From contig DDFJ01000001.1 in the NCBI GenBank assembly GCA_002337125.1, forward strand, positions 967,342-1,031,341: a stretch of 64,000 nucleotides of DNA, written 5' to 3'. The position numbers and the translations under genes were made by a program. Under the pieces are notes generated by a model. It made no database searches and was not told the origin of the DNA. It was given only the letters and a program-made list of their open reading frames with translations. Below are positions 9,896 to 19,835 of the stretch, piece by piece; positions within the stretch are counted from its first letter, which is position 1; every line of letters begins with the position of its first letter. This DNA comes from Chitinophagaceae bacterium UBA1931 (GTDB taxonomy: Bacteria > Bacteroidota > Bacteroidia > Chitinophagales > Chitinophagaceae).

Positions 9896-9913
9896 CTTTT
9901 TGAGCTCAAAAAG
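9896..9913. promoter_or_regulatory. Perfect 18-bp palindrome in the leader of the polysaccharide locus (candidate operator)
   Basis: ctttttgagctcaaaaag is self-complementary over all 18 nt. It lies about 160 bp upstream of the Wza-like start (10071), inside a 535-bp non-coding AT-rich region. Confidence 0.3.
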
Positions 9914-10070
9914 AGGTATTGGTAACATAATAAGCAATGTTAATAGTTGTTTGTATTTCTCATTAAATTTGATTTTCACGGGCACTCTTTTGCACACGAT
10001 GTGACTGAGGTGGCGAAGCTTTTGAATTAGTTTACCTTAGTTTTATAATAAATTTATTCAATATTCACTC

Positions 10071-12491
10071 ATGCTATATTTTAAGAAAACGTTTTCCCTG
10101 CTATTGCTGAGCTTGTTGATGACACTGAAACTGGCGGCTCAGCTTCCTGCTGATTTAAGCCAGTTTAAATCATCTCAGATTACTGATGAGCAATTGCAGC
10201 AGTATGTTATGCGTGCTCAGTCGGCAGGTTTAACGGAAGACCAGGTTGTACTTGAATTTCAAAAACGTGGAATGCCTGAAGCAGAAGTGCAGTTGCTGCT
10301 GGAAAGAATAAAAAACCTTTCTTCAGGATCTGCAACTCAAACCGGCAGTCAGCCTACCGATAAACCAGCTACAGGCAAAAGAATATTAAAAGGTGAGCAA
10401 ACATTGTTTCAGCCAATTGAAAATCCATCAAGGGTTTTTGGAGCTGATTTGTTTACAGGCACTGATCCTTTGTTTGTACCAAATTTAAAAATGGCCACAC
10501 CTAAATCTTATATTATTGGCCCGGAAGATGAATTGCAGCTGGATATTTATGGTTACAATATTTCAAGCCAGAAACTGATTGTATCGCCCGATGGTTTTGT
10601 GAATATTAAATATGCAGGATTAATTAACCTGAGTGGTTTATCCATTGAACAGGCAACAGGCATCATTAAATCAAGATTAACAAAATACTACCCTACTCTT
10701 TCTTCTGGCGATACAAAGATTCAGTTAACTCTTGGTTCCATCAGAACAATACAGGTTACGATAGTTGGTGCTGTTAAAAAGCCGGGAACAGTTTCTCTTC
10801 CTTCACTGGCAACATTGTTTAATGCGCTGTATGCTTGTGGTGGCCCGCTTGATAACGGATCATTCAGAAATATTGAACTCATCAGGAATAATAAAACAAT
10901 TGTTGTTGCTGATCTGTACCAGTTTATTCAAACAGGAAATCAATCAGCAAACATTCCTTTACGGGATAATGATGTTATCCGCATTCCTTATGCAGCAAAC
11001 CAGGTTGTAATGGAAGGTGGCATCAACAAAACAGGCATCTTTGAAATAAAGAAAGGTGAAACTGTAAACCAAGTAATGGATTATGCAGGTGGTTTCAGAA
11101 GAAATGCATTTCGTGGCAGAATAACCGGAACACGTTTTACAGAAATTGAACGCAAAGTGATTGATATTCCTGAAGCATCTTATTCTTCTTTTCAATTACA
11201 AAATGGCGATTCACTTTATGTTGATACAGTAATTAACCGTTACCAGAACAGAATTATTATTACAGGCTCAGTTATAAAGCCCGGAACATATTCACTTGAA
11301 CCCGGCATGAGTGTAAAGCAACTGGTAGAAAAAGCACATGGATTAAAAGACGATGCATTTACGGGAAGAGCAATGATTACTCGCAGGCGTGCCGATTTAA
11401 CAAAAGAAATCATCAGCATCAACCTGAAGGATATGTTGCTTGGCAATGAAAGCTTTCTTCTGCAAAAAGAGGATAGTCTGCATATAGTATCTGTGCTTGA
11501 ATTAAAAGACAGGTTTACAGTAACTATTAATGGCCCTGTAAAAAATCCCGGCGAATATTTGTTTGAAGATTCCTTAACACTGCAATCATTGATTTTACAA
11601 GCCGGCGGTTTCCTTGACCTTGCAACAGCAACAGGAATTGAAGTTGGTCGACGCAAAAAAGATATCAATGTAACTGAGAAAGGCACTGCTACAACAGAAA
11701 TTTTTTCACTGGCACTTACAAAAGACATCAGTAAACTGGGAGCTGATTTTTATCTGCAGCCTTATGATGTTATCAGTATTAAAACAGATCCCTCAAAACT
11801 TAAACAGACGAATGTAAAGCTTAGTGGTGAAGTAATGTATGAAGGTGTGTATACACTTGCTTATCCTGATGAACGTTTAAGTTCTGTTATTAAACGTGCA
11901 GGTGGCCTGCTACCCTACGCTAATTTAAACGGGGCAAAACTCGTACGTAAAAAAATTGAAGTAGATACAAGTAACATTAAACGGCTGTTACTTTTTTCAA
12001 ATAAGAAAACTGCACAGGGAGATTCAGTACTTGCTTACCAGGAAAAACAATTAAGCAATGAACAGGTTTTTGTTGCACTTGATTTAAAAAAGATTATCAC
12101 TAACCCCGGCACCATTGATGATATTACATTAAAAGATGGTGATGAGTTGGTAGTTCCACGTATAGATAATACAGTTACAATTGACGGGCAGGTTTTAAGT
12201 CCGGTGAAAGTACAATACGATCCACATTTGCGTTTTATCAATTACGTTTCAGCAGCAGGAGGATTTACAAAAACTGCTTTGAAAAGAGGTGCATTTGTTG
12301 TTTATCCTAACGGACGTGCAAAACGAACCACAAATTTCCTTGGAATAAAATTCCGTCCGAAAGTACAACCAGGAAGTTCAATATATGTTCCGGTTAAACC
12401 GGAAGGAAAAAGTTTTGATGCAGCCAAAGCAGGGATACTTGTATCGGCCCTTTCAGCAATTATGACGGGGTTGATTTTGATTTTTAAATAA
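10071..12491 (+). CDS. wza: Polysaccharide export outer-membrane protein, Wza-like long Bacteroidota form (Poly_export plus multiple SLBB domains)
   Basis: 806 aa with a signal peptide. IIGPEDELQLDIYG is the Poly_export motif. V.V.G.V..PG..Y SLBB-type units recur (VTIVGAVKKPGTVSL, IIITGSVIKPGTYSL, VTINGPVKNPGEYLF, VKLSGEVMYEGVYTL, VTIDGQVLSPVKV). There is a C-terminal hydrophobic helix. Confidence 0.9.
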   Translation: MLYFKKTFSLLLLSLLMTLKLAAQLPADLSQFKSSQITDEQLQQYVMRAQSAGLTEDQVVLEFQKRGMPEAEVQLLLERIKNLSSGSATQTGSQPTDKPATGKRILKGEQTLFQPIENPSRVFGADLFTGTDPLFVPNLKMATPKSYIIGPEDELQLDIYGYNISSQKLIVSPDGFVNIKYAGLINLSGLSIEQATGIIKSRLTKYYPTLSSGDTKIQLTLGSIRTIQVTIVGAVKKPGTVSLPSLATLFNALYACGGPLDNGSFRNIELIRNNKTIVVADLYQFIQTGNQSANIPLRDNDVIRIPYAANQVVMEGGINKTGIFEIKKGETVNQVMDYAGGFRRNAFRGRITGTRFTEIERKVIDIPEASYSSFQLQNGDSLYVDTVINRYQNRIIITGSVIKPGTYSLEPGMSVKQLVEKAHGLKDDAFTGRAMITRRRADLTKEIISINLKDMLLGNESFLLQKEDSLHIVSVLELKDRFTVTINGPVKNPGEYLFEDSLTLQSLILQAGGFLDLATATGIEVGRRKKDINVTEKGTATTEIFSLALTKDISKLGADFYLQPYDVISIKTDPSKLKQTNVKLSGEVMYEGVYTLAYPDERLSSVIKRAGGLLPYANLNGAKLVRKKIEVDTSNIKRLLLFSNKKTAQGDSVLAYQEKQLSNEQVFVALDLKKIITNPGTIDDITLKDGDELVVPRIDNTVTIDGQVLSPVKVQYDPHLRFINYVSAAGGFTKTALKRGAFVVYPNGRAKRTTNFLGIKFRPKVQPGSSIYVPVKPEGKSFDAAKAGILVSALSAIMTGLILIFK

Positions 12492-12514
12492 ACATTCCAT
12501 CTAATAACAATCGC

Positions 12515-13588
12515 ATGAGCCAGGACCAAACAAAATCCAGCGACGAAATATCTTTAAAAGAAACAGTTTTAAAGTTAAAAGAAATATGGGGGTACTTACT
12601 TACTAAATGGTATGTTATTTTGATTTCCGGTTTAATAGGTGGTGGTGCAGGCTTAACCTATACCTTGCTCACTCCTTTAAAATATATATCACGGTTAACA
12701 TTTGTAGTCGAAGAAAGTAAAGCAGGTGTTGGTGGTTTGGCTGTACTTGCAGGACAATTGGGATTTGATATGGGTGGAAGTTCAGGTGGGGTATTTTCAG
12801 GTGATAACGTTTTACTTTTTTTGAAAAGTGAAAGTCTATCTCGTGAGATTTTACTTACCAAATATGATTCTGTAGGAAATATTTTACTTGCCGATAAATA
12901 TGCGGAAGTGAATAAGTTAAAAACAAAATGGAAGAATAATAAAAAAATTCATAGGGAAATTCTTTTTTCAAAATATAAAGATGGCAATTTACCAAGGCTG
13001 GAAGACAGCCTAATGCAAATAATGATAAAACAAATACTGGAAAAAGAGTTATCTGTAGAAAAGCTAGATAAAAAATCTTCTTTTATTGAGGTCGTTGTTA
13101 CAACTCGTGATGAATTGTTAAGCAAATATTACAGCGAACGGCTTGTAAAAATAGCAACTGATCATTATGTGGAATCTAAAATAAAAATAAAAGCTTTAAA
13201 CGTGGCAAAGCTCCAAAGAAGAGCTGACAGCCTTGGTGCTTTACTGAACAACAGAACTTATTCTGCAGCCGCTACTCAGCAAACTTTGGTTGACGTAAAT
13301 CCTGCCCTTCGTACGGCACCCGTAACAGCTGAAATTACAGCTAGAGATAAAACAATGTTGGCAACAATCTTTGCTGAGGTTACTAAGAATTTAGAAATTG
13401 CTAAAGTAGCATTGAGTCAGGAAACTCCCGTTATTCAGATTGTTGATGAAAGCTCTCTGCCACTCAAATTAGAAAAGAAAAGTAAGCCTGTATTTATTAT
13501 TGGTGCTACGCTTGTAATGGCAATCATTAGTGCATTGTTTCTTTTATTCAAACATTTCTGGCAAGAGATGTTAAATGGTAATCCTTAA
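12515..13588 (+). CDS. wzz: Wzz-type chain-length determinant protein (no tyrosine-kinase domain)
   Basis: 357 aa with TM helices at the N- and C-termini flanking a coiled-coil periplasmic region. The N-terminal EISLKETVLKLKEIWGYLLTKWYVILISGLIGG pattern is typical of the Wzz/PCP family. No Walker A/B or Tyr-rich tail is present. Confidence 0.8.
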   Translation: MSQDQTKSSDEISLKETVLKLKEIWGYLLTKWYVILISGLIGGGAGLTYTLLTPLKYISRLTFVVEESKAGVGGLAVLAGQLGFDMGGSSGGVFSGDNVLLFLKSESLSREILLTKYDSVGNILLADKYAEVNKLKTKWKNNKKIHREILFSKYKDGNLPRLEDSLMQIMIKQILEKELSVEKLDKKSSFIEVVVTTRDELLSKYYSERLVKIATDHYVESKIKIKALNVAKLQRRADSLGALLNNRTYSAAATQQTLVDVNPALRTAPVTAEITARDKTMLATIFAEVTKNLEIAKVALSQETPVIQIVDESSLPLKLEKKSKPVFIIGATLVMAIISALFLLFKHFWQEMLNGNP

Positions 13589-13771
13589 TAATTTCAGAAT
13601 CTCTATTCCTCCAGATAATAATAGAAAAAAAATTAAGGATAGCAATCCATATAATAGTAGTATAAAAATATTTCGATAAAAATCCGAAAAAAATAAAATC
13701 ATATTGAAAAAATTAATTTGATACTAAATATATTCTTTACATATCCCTATTAATTTACTACTATTTAAGAT

Positions 13772-15133
13772 TTGATTTCACGATTTAAATATTTATTCCG
13801 CAACCCAATTAATAAAAATATTGGCGCTAATTTTTTTGGAGTTTTAATTACATTGCTTAATCAAATTCTAATGATCCCGATTTTTTTAAACAATTGGGGA
13901 ATTGACAAATATGGAGACTGGATAGTTCTCACTTCATTATCTGGATTTTTAACAATGACTGATGTCGGATTAAATTCAGTTACTGCAAATCAATTTGCAA
14001 TCAGATATACTGAGGGGAAAAAAAACGAATGCAATAGTTTAATTGCAAATAACTACTTTTTCCTTTCTATTTTATCTATAATTTTTATTAGTGCTTCATT
14101 ATTATACTTAGTATTTGGGAATATTAATCGTGATTTTGATATTAGAGTTACGAGTTTAAAAGTTACAAGAATTGTATTTTTTCTACTTGAGATAAAGATT
14201 TTTATTTTCATGTTCAGTACTATTCCAAATGCTATATACCGTGCTGTATCTTTATTTTCGAGAGCCATGTTTTTAGACAATCTGGTTCGGCTAGCAGAAA
14301 CGATTTTTCTTTTTACAGGCGTTACTCTAAAGCTGGATATACAGTTAATCGTATTCTTAATGCTAACACCTGGAATTTTTATTTTAATTTTTAAATACTT
14401 TGATACTAATAAATACATTAAATATTCTTTCTCAACAACAAGTATAAATTTACGTTTACTAAGAAGCACAGTATTACCTTCATTTGGATTTCTTGCATTT
14501 CCTGTTAGTAATGCAATAGTTCAGCAAGGAATTACTTTGGTCGTTAATAGTTTTATGGGGGCCAGCGCAATGGTTCTATTTAATACAACAAGAACATTGG
14601 TAGGTTTTATTAAACAGTTGACGAACATTATTGCGATGGCTGTTTGGCCTGAATTGTCAATAGCATATGGAAAAAAGGATTATAAAAAAATGCAAAATAT
14701 TCATCATAATTCCGTTGCTATATCAACTGCTTTGACTGTTTTTGCCTCCATTTTTGTAATGTGCTTCGGAAAATTTATTTATGAAGTATGGACAACAAAC
14801 AAGTTGGCTTTTAATGGTTATTTAATGATGTCTTTTCTATTGATGCTTTTGGCAAATAATGGTTGGTACACAAGCAGCATGAGCTTAATGGCTACAAACC
14901 AACATACCAAATTAGGTATTTACTATCTTGTATTAGCCACTACTTCAATAGGTATGGTTTATATACTAATGCTGATTTATCCGAAAATTGAATTAGTACC
15001 AGTCTGTTTATTAATTATAGATACGCTTTTGTCTATCTGGGTTGTAAAGCGGGTATTGATATTAACGAAAGACAATTTCAATAATATGCTTTCCGGGATA
15101 TATACACAGCTAAATTTTATAAAAAAATTGTAA
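13772..15133 (+). CDS. wzx: Wzx-like oligosaccharide flippase (MOP superfamily)
   Basis: 453-aa polytopic hydrophobic protein positioned within a polysaccharide locus. The ORF-track start is a TTG, so the true start is uncertain. Confidence 0.7.
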   Translation: MISRFKYLFRNPINKNIGANFFGVLITLLNQILMIPIFLNNWGIDKYGDWIVLTSLSGFLTMTDVGLNSVTANQFAIRYTEGKKNECNSLIANNYFFLSILSIIFISASLLYLVFGNINRDFDIRVTSLKVTRIVFFLLEIKIFIFMFSTIPNAIYRAVSLFSRAMFLDNLVRLAETIFLFTGVTLKLDIQLIVFLMLTPGIFILIFKYFDTNKYIKYSFSTTSINLRLLRSTVLPSFGFLAFPVSNAIVQQGITLVVNSFMGASAMVLFNTTRTLVGFIKQLTNIIAMAVWPELSIAYGKKDYKKMQNIHHNSVAISTALTVFASIFVMCFGKFIYEVWTTNKLAFNGYLMMSFLLMLLANNGWYTSSMSLMATNQHTKLGIYYLVLATTSIGMVYILMLIYPKIELVPVCLLIIDTLLSIWVVKRVLILTKDNFNNMLSGIYTQLNFIKKL

Positions 15134-15210
15134 AAAATAATGTTTTTCTTATCTACACAATTTTTTTCTAAAATATTTCTTACAAAATCAACCACCATTA
15201 TCGTCTAACT

Positions 15211-16449
15211 ATGAAAGTTAAAATATCCTCTTTCACACCGCTTTTTTTTCCATATACAGCACAGCATGTTTCTCAATTTTCGGAAACAACATTTATACAA
15301 GGATTATATCCTACTAAATTTGCTTTACAAATTCTCAAATCAATTGATTTCATTTTCAGAACTAATTTTAGCAAAAAAATTCAGAAACGAATTCCAAAGA
15401 ATTTCTGTGGAAAGAATATTGGAATAGGCATTCCTGAAATTTTGATGATTATTGGATTGAAGATGAAGAAAAAAAAATCTGGAATACAGTCAAGTGCGCA
15501 TATTTTATATGGCTGGCTATCAAAGAAGTATTTATCAGATGCAGATATATTTCATGTTCGAAGTGGTTCAGGAAGAGGGGGGGCAATTCAAGAAGCTAAA
15601 AAAAACAACATTGTTGTCATAACAGATCATTCCATCGCTCATCCTAAAACAATGGAATCAATCTTATTAGATGAGTATGAAAAATACCAAATCCCTTTTG
15701 AATTTTCGAATTGTTTTTGGGATCAAGTACTCCAAGATTGTGAAGAAGCTGATTATTTATTGGTAAACAGTGATTTTGTAAAAAAGAGTTTTCTTACAAA
15801 TGGATATGACCCGGGTAAAATTAGAGTTATATACCTAGGTGTACGGGAAGATTTCTGGGGATGTAAAAAAAAATATGATCTAACAGAAGTCTTTAATCTT
15901 CTTTTTATTGGAGAATTTGGCTTCAGAAAAGGCTGTGAGTATCTGTTAAAATCATTAAGCCTTATAAAACAAAAAGGGATTAATTTCAAATTAACAGTTA
16001 TCGGACCTTATGACTCATTTCAATCTGTAATAACTAATTATAACACAGAGCAAGTAGATTTTAAAGGCGGAGTTCCATATGATGATTTGAAAAATTACTA
16101 TGCAAATTCCGACGCATATATTTTCCCTTCTCTTTGCGAGGGGTCTACAATGGCAGGCATGGAAGCCATGTCAGCAGGTTTGCCATGTATTTTTACTGAA
16201 AATTGTGGCGTCCCGGTAAAACATGGTGAGAATGGTTTAATTATTCCAATAAAAGATGAACATGCAATTGCTGACGCAGTAGAACTTTTGTATAGAAATA
16301 AATTAGTAAGAGAAAAGTTAGGAGCAAATGCAAGTCAAACAATTCGTGACAATTATAAATGGACTGATTACAGAAACAACATTGAGTCGTTTTATAATGA
16401 AGTAATCAGTTTAAAAACACCTCCTGATTTAAACAAAACTGCAGAATGA
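15211..16449 (+). CDS. Glycosyltransferase family 4 (GT-B)
   Basis: The C-terminal half contains FPSLCEGSTMAGMEAMSAGLPCIFTENCGVP...GENGLII, which is the E-x7-E GT4 signature. The start may lie downstream of the annotated ATG. Confidence 0.8.
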   Translation: MKVKISSFTPLFFPYTAQHVSQFSETTFIQGLYPTKFALQILKSIDFIFRTNFSKKIQKRIPKNFCGKNIGIGIPEILMIIGLKMKKKKSGIQSSAHILYGWLSKKYLSDADIFHVRSGSGRGGAIQEAKKNNIVVITDHSIAHPKTMESILLDEYEKYQIPFEFSNCFWDQVLQDCEEADYLLVNSDFVKKSFLTNGYDPGKIRVIYLGVREDFWGCKKKYDLTEVFNLLFIGEFGFRKGCEYLLKSLSLIKQKGINFKLTVIGPYDSFQSVITNYNTEQVDFKGGVPYDDLKNYYANSDAYIFPSLCEGSTMAGMEAMSAGLPCIFTENCGVPVKHGENGLIIPIKDEHAIADAVELLYRNKLVREKLGANASQTIRDNYKWTDYRNNIESFYNEVISLKTPPDLNKTAE

Positions 16450-17885
16450 AAACACGAAACATAACCGATGTTCAGTTGGATTTTTTAGTTTCTGCTTTGC
16501 ACCATGGCTTATTTATGTCCACCAGTGAAATTTTAAATTGGTTAAAAAAACAAAATGAAACAGTGCTTAGCAACATAACACAGGTCCCTTTAATTAATTT
16601 AAAAGGATGGGAATATGATGGGAAACAAATTAAACACCAGACAGGAAAATTCTTCAGCATTGATGGTATACGCATAACAACCAATTACAGAAACGTTAAT
16701 ACATGGGATCAGCCAATTATTAATCAACCTGAAATTGGATTTTTAGGATTTATTGTAAAAAAATTTAATGGAGTTTTCCATTTTTTAATGCAGGCAAAAA
16801 TTGAACCAGGAAATATTAATGTTGTTCAACTTTCTCCAACCTTGCAGGCAACTAGAAGCAATTATACAAGGGTGCATAACGGCTCTTCGCCAAATTACCT
16901 TGAATATTTTACAGGAGAAAAAAATGTTTCGGTTCTTGTAGATCAATTACAATCTGAACAAGGTGCACGTTTTTTACGAAAACGGAATCGCAATATTATA
17001 GTTGAAGTTGATGAAAATGAAGAGATCGAAATAAAAGATAATTTCATTTGGACCTCCTTAGGGCAAATAAAAGAGCTCTTGAATTATCCAAATGTTGTTA
17101 ACATGGACAGTCGTACGGTTATTTCCTGTGTTACATTCGGGAACTATTCAGAAGCGACGTTGAAACTATTGTTGTCGTTTCAGAAAATAGAACCAAAATT
17201 GGAATCAAAATCTGAATCTTTTCTCTTCTCTGTATTAAATCATGAAAATCATTTACACGATTTAAATTATATAATTCAATGGATAACCTCTTTAAAATTT
17301 AAATACGAATTAGATATTCAAAAAATCGATATACCTGAAATAAAACACTGGATATATAATGGGGATACTATTCGCCATGAAAAAGACAAATACTTTCAGG
17401 TTATTGGTGTCAAAGTTCAGATTCAAAACAGAGAAGTAGTTACATGGGATCAGCCAATGGTCAAATCATCTCAGGAAGGCTTAATGGGATTTCTGGTTAA
17501 AAAGATAAATGGTATTTATCATTTCCTTGTGCAGGCCAAATTGGAAGCCGGTAATTTTGACGTAATTGAACTTGCACCTACAGTTCAATGTCTGACAGGT
17601 AACTACAGAAATGGATTTAATGAGTACACCATCCCTTATTTAGAGTGCTTTGTTGATAATCCAAAAACAAAAATATGGTATTCAACCTTCCAAAGTGAAG
17701 AAGGCGGACGTTTCTTTCACGAACAAAACCTAAACATGATTGTAGAGGTTGAAGAAGATTTTCCCGACAGTACCGAAGAAAATTATTGCTGGATGACATT
17801 AAATCAAATGCTTTCATTTATTACATACAATAATTATTTAAATATAGCTGCAAGGAGTTTAATTTCTGCTATTCAATTTTATTAA
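16446..17885 (+). CDS. NDP-hexose 2,3-dehydratase (EvaA/TylX3 family, duplicated domain)
   Basis: Two tandem copies of the family signature are present. They are WDQPIINQPEIGFLGFIVKKFNGVFHFLMQAKIEPGNINVVQLSPTLQATRSNY and WDQPMVKSSQEGLMGFLVKKINGIYHFLVQAKLEAGNFDVIELAPTVQCLTGNY. There is a 4-nt overlap with the upstream gene. Confidence 0.9.
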   Translation: MKTRNITDVQLDFLVSALHHGLFMSTSEILNWLKKQNETVLSNITQVPLINLKGWEYDGKQIKHQTGKFFSIDGIRITTNYRNVNTWDQPIINQPEIGFLGFIVKKFNGVFHFLMQAKIEPGNINVVQLSPTLQATRSNYTRVHNGSSPNYLEYFTGEKNVSVLVDQLQSEQGARFLRKRNRNIIVEVDENEEIEIKDNFIWTSLGQIKELLNYPNVVNMDSRTVISCVTFGNYSEATLKLLLSFQKIEPKLESKSESFLFSVLNHENHLHDLNYIIQWITSLKFKYELDIQKIDIPEIKHWIYNGDTIRHEKDKYFQVIGVKVQIQNREVVTWDQPMVKSSQEGLMGFLVKKINGIYHFLVQAKLEAGNFDVIELAPTVQCLTGNYRNGFNEYTIPYLECFVDNPKTKIWYSTFQSEEGGRFFHEQNLNMIVEVEEDFPDSTEENYCWMTLNQMLSFITYNNYLNIAARSLISAIQFY

Positions 17886-17889
17886 GATA

Positions 17890-18924
17890 ATGATACGAAT
17901 TGGCATAATATGTCCGTCCGAAATTGCATTCAGGCGATTTTTGCCCGCATTGCAAAAAGATAGTGATTTTAAATTTATTGGAGTTGGCATAGCCAGTCCT
18001 ATCGAATGGTTTGGTAATTCGTTGGCTTCATCTTCGCCTGAAGAAATAAAGACTCAACAGGAAAATGAAATAGCCAAGGCTGAAAAATTTATCCATGCAT
18101 TTGGTGGCAAAATTTTTGAAAGCTATAGTTCTCTGGTATCATCGACTGCAATTGATGCTATATATCTGCCTCTTCCACCAGCACTGCATTTCAAATGGGC
18201 TAATATTTCTTTGAAGAATGGTAAACATGTTTTTGTTGAAAAGCCAGCAACGATAAATACAGATGATACTAAAGAACTTATTTCTTTTGCAAGAAGTAAA
18301 GAACTTGCATTACATGAAAATTATATGTTTTTGTATCACAGCCAAATAAAAGAAATTGATGAAGTAATTAGTTCCGGTGAAATTGGAGATGTAAGATTGT
18401 ATCGTATTTCTTTTGGATTTCCTAAAAGAGATAATGCAGATTTCCGGTATAACAAGTCACTCGGTGGAGGGGTACTCATTGATGCCGGTGGTTATACTAT
18501 CAAATATGCAGATTATTTATTGGGAAATACTGCCAGAGTAACTTGTGCTCAACTAAATTATATCGACGGTTTTAACGTCGACATGTTTGGATCTGCAACA
18601 ATGAAAAATGACAAAGGAGAAACCGCACAGCTATCTTTCGGAATGGATAATAATTATAAATGCGAACTTGAGATATGGGGAAGCAAAGGGATAATCACTA
18701 CCCAGCGCATTCTTACTGCACCTCCTGATTACACTCCTACTTATAACATTAAAAGAAATCAGACAATTGAAGAGAGAACTCTCCATGAAGATGACACATT
18801 TTTTAAATCATTACAACAATTTAAATCCTGTATAAATAGTGCTGATGTAAGAGAAAGTAATTATCGCAGAATACAAAGACAGGCAGATTTGATTGATCAA
18901 TTCAATAAAATCGTTACAGAATGA
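17890..18924 (+). CDS. Gfo/Idh/MocA oxidoreductase, probable NDP-hexose 3-ketoreductase (KijD10/TylC1-like)
   Basis: The N-terminus RIGIICPSEIAFRRFLPAL matches the IG..G...IA.RR.LPAL start of sugar 3-ketoreductases. It also has the EKP motif (VFVEKPAT). It sits immediately after the 2,3-dehydratase. Confidence 0.75.
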   Translation: MIRIGIICPSEIAFRRFLPALQKDSDFKFIGVGIASPIEWFGNSLASSSPEEIKTQQENEIAKAEKFIHAFGGKIFESYSSLVSSTAIDAIYLPLPPALHFKWANISLKNGKHVFVEKPATINTDDTKELISFARSKELALHENYMFLYHSQIKEIDEVISSGEIGDVRLYRISFGFPKRDNADFRYNKSLGGGVLIDAGGYTIKYADYLLGNTARVTCAQLNYIDGFNVDMFGSATMKNDKGETAQLSFGMDNNYKCELEIWGSKGIITTQRILTAPPDYTPTYNIKRNQTIEERTLHEDDTFFKSLQQFKSCINSADVRESNYRRIQRQADLIDQFNKIVTE

Positions 18925-19802
18925 AAAAATGTTTAATAATAGGTTCAAAAGGTTACTTAGGAAGGCATTTAGAGAATTATCTGTTGCAATCAGGAGTTGA
19001 AGTACTGTGTTATGATATAGCAGAAGATGTTTCAAGCAAAAACTATAAAACAATAGACTTAACAAAAAAAGACACATTAAAAGAAATAGAGCTTGATGCA
19101 GACTTTATTTTCTTTTTAGCAGGGATGACAGGAACCTTTATTGGCTTTGACATGTATGATAAATATATTTCAACAAATGAAATTGGACTATTAAATCTGC
19201 TTGACACAATTCGTCATTCAAAATACAGACCCCGAATAATTTTCCCATCAACCAGGTTAGTTTATAAAGGAGTTGACAGACCTCTGAAAGAAAATGATGA
19301 GAAAGAGACGAAAACAATTTATGCGGTAACCAAATTAGCTTGTGAAGGAATATTACAAGCTTATAGTGCAAATTTCGATATTGACTATACGGTATTCCGA
19401 ATTTGTGTTCCGTATGGGAATATATTTGATTCAGATTATTCGTATGGTGTAATTGGATCTTTTGTAAAAACGGCATCTGTAGGCAAAGACATAACTCTTT
19501 ATGGAGGAGGGAATATCAAACGAACATTTACATACATTGAAGATTTATGTTATCAAATGATTCAATGTTCTGTATCTGAAAAATCAAAAGGAGAAATATT
19601 CAATATTGGTGGAGAAATACTTTCCTTAAAGGATGTAGCTTTAACAATAGCAGGCAAATATAAAACCCAGGTCGTTGACGTTCCCTGGCCAGACAAGGAT
19701 TTTCGACTGGAAAGCAATCATACTTATTTTGATGATTTCAAAATACAGACTCTTATAGGTTCTATGACTTATAAAAAAATCTCTGATATATTTTCTGTTT
19801 AA
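18921..19802 (+). CDS. NAD(P)-dependent SDR epimerase/reductase, probable NDP-4-keto-2,6-dideoxyhexose 4-ketoreductase
   Basis: Shows the Rossmann motif IIGSKGYLGRHL and the catalytic YAVTKLACE (YxxxK). At 293 aa it is shorter than RmlB-type dehydratases. There is a 4-nt overlap with the upstream gene. Confidence 0.7.
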   Translation: MKKCLIIGSKGYLGRHLENYLLQSGVEVLCYDIAEDVSSKNYKTIDLTKKDTLKEIELDADFIFFLAGMTGTFIGFDMYDKYISTNEIGLLNLLDTIRHSKYRPRIIFPSTRLVYKGVDRPLKENDEKETKTIYAVTKLACEGILQAYSANFDIDYTVFRICVPYGNIFDSDYSYGVIGSFVKTASVGKDITLYGGGNIKRTFTYIEDLCYQMIQCSVSEKSKGEIFNIGGEILSLKDVALTIAGKYKTQVVDVPWPDKDFRLESNHTYFDDFKIQTLIGSMTYKKISDIFSV

Positions 19803-19835
19803 ATTGTAAGGGGTAAAAGTCAATTTACTTATTCA

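Noticed and set aside
9743-9925. 60-aa ORF in the leader region upstream of the polysaccharide locus.
   Set aside because: It is short, sits in an AT-rich non-coding spacer and shows no motif. It is most likely spurious.
10021-10045. Possible Bacteroidota-type promoter (TTTG at 10021-10024 and TAGTTTTA at 10038-10045) just upstream of the Wza-like gene.
   Set aside because: The -7 box does not end in G. The spacing to the TTTG (about 13 nt) is shorter than the usual -33/-7 geometry. Such words are frequent in AT-rich leader sequence.
11240-11728. Long antisense or out-of-frame ORFs inside well-supported genes. Examples are 11240-11728, 14053-14469, 38605-39018, 43396-43785, 51980-52456, 62808-63260, 3419-3718 and 34823-35155.
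   Set aside because: They lie entirely within longer ORFs that have clear family signatures. Their low-complexity or Cys/Ser/Phe-rich translations are typical of shadow frames, and none shows a recognisable motif.
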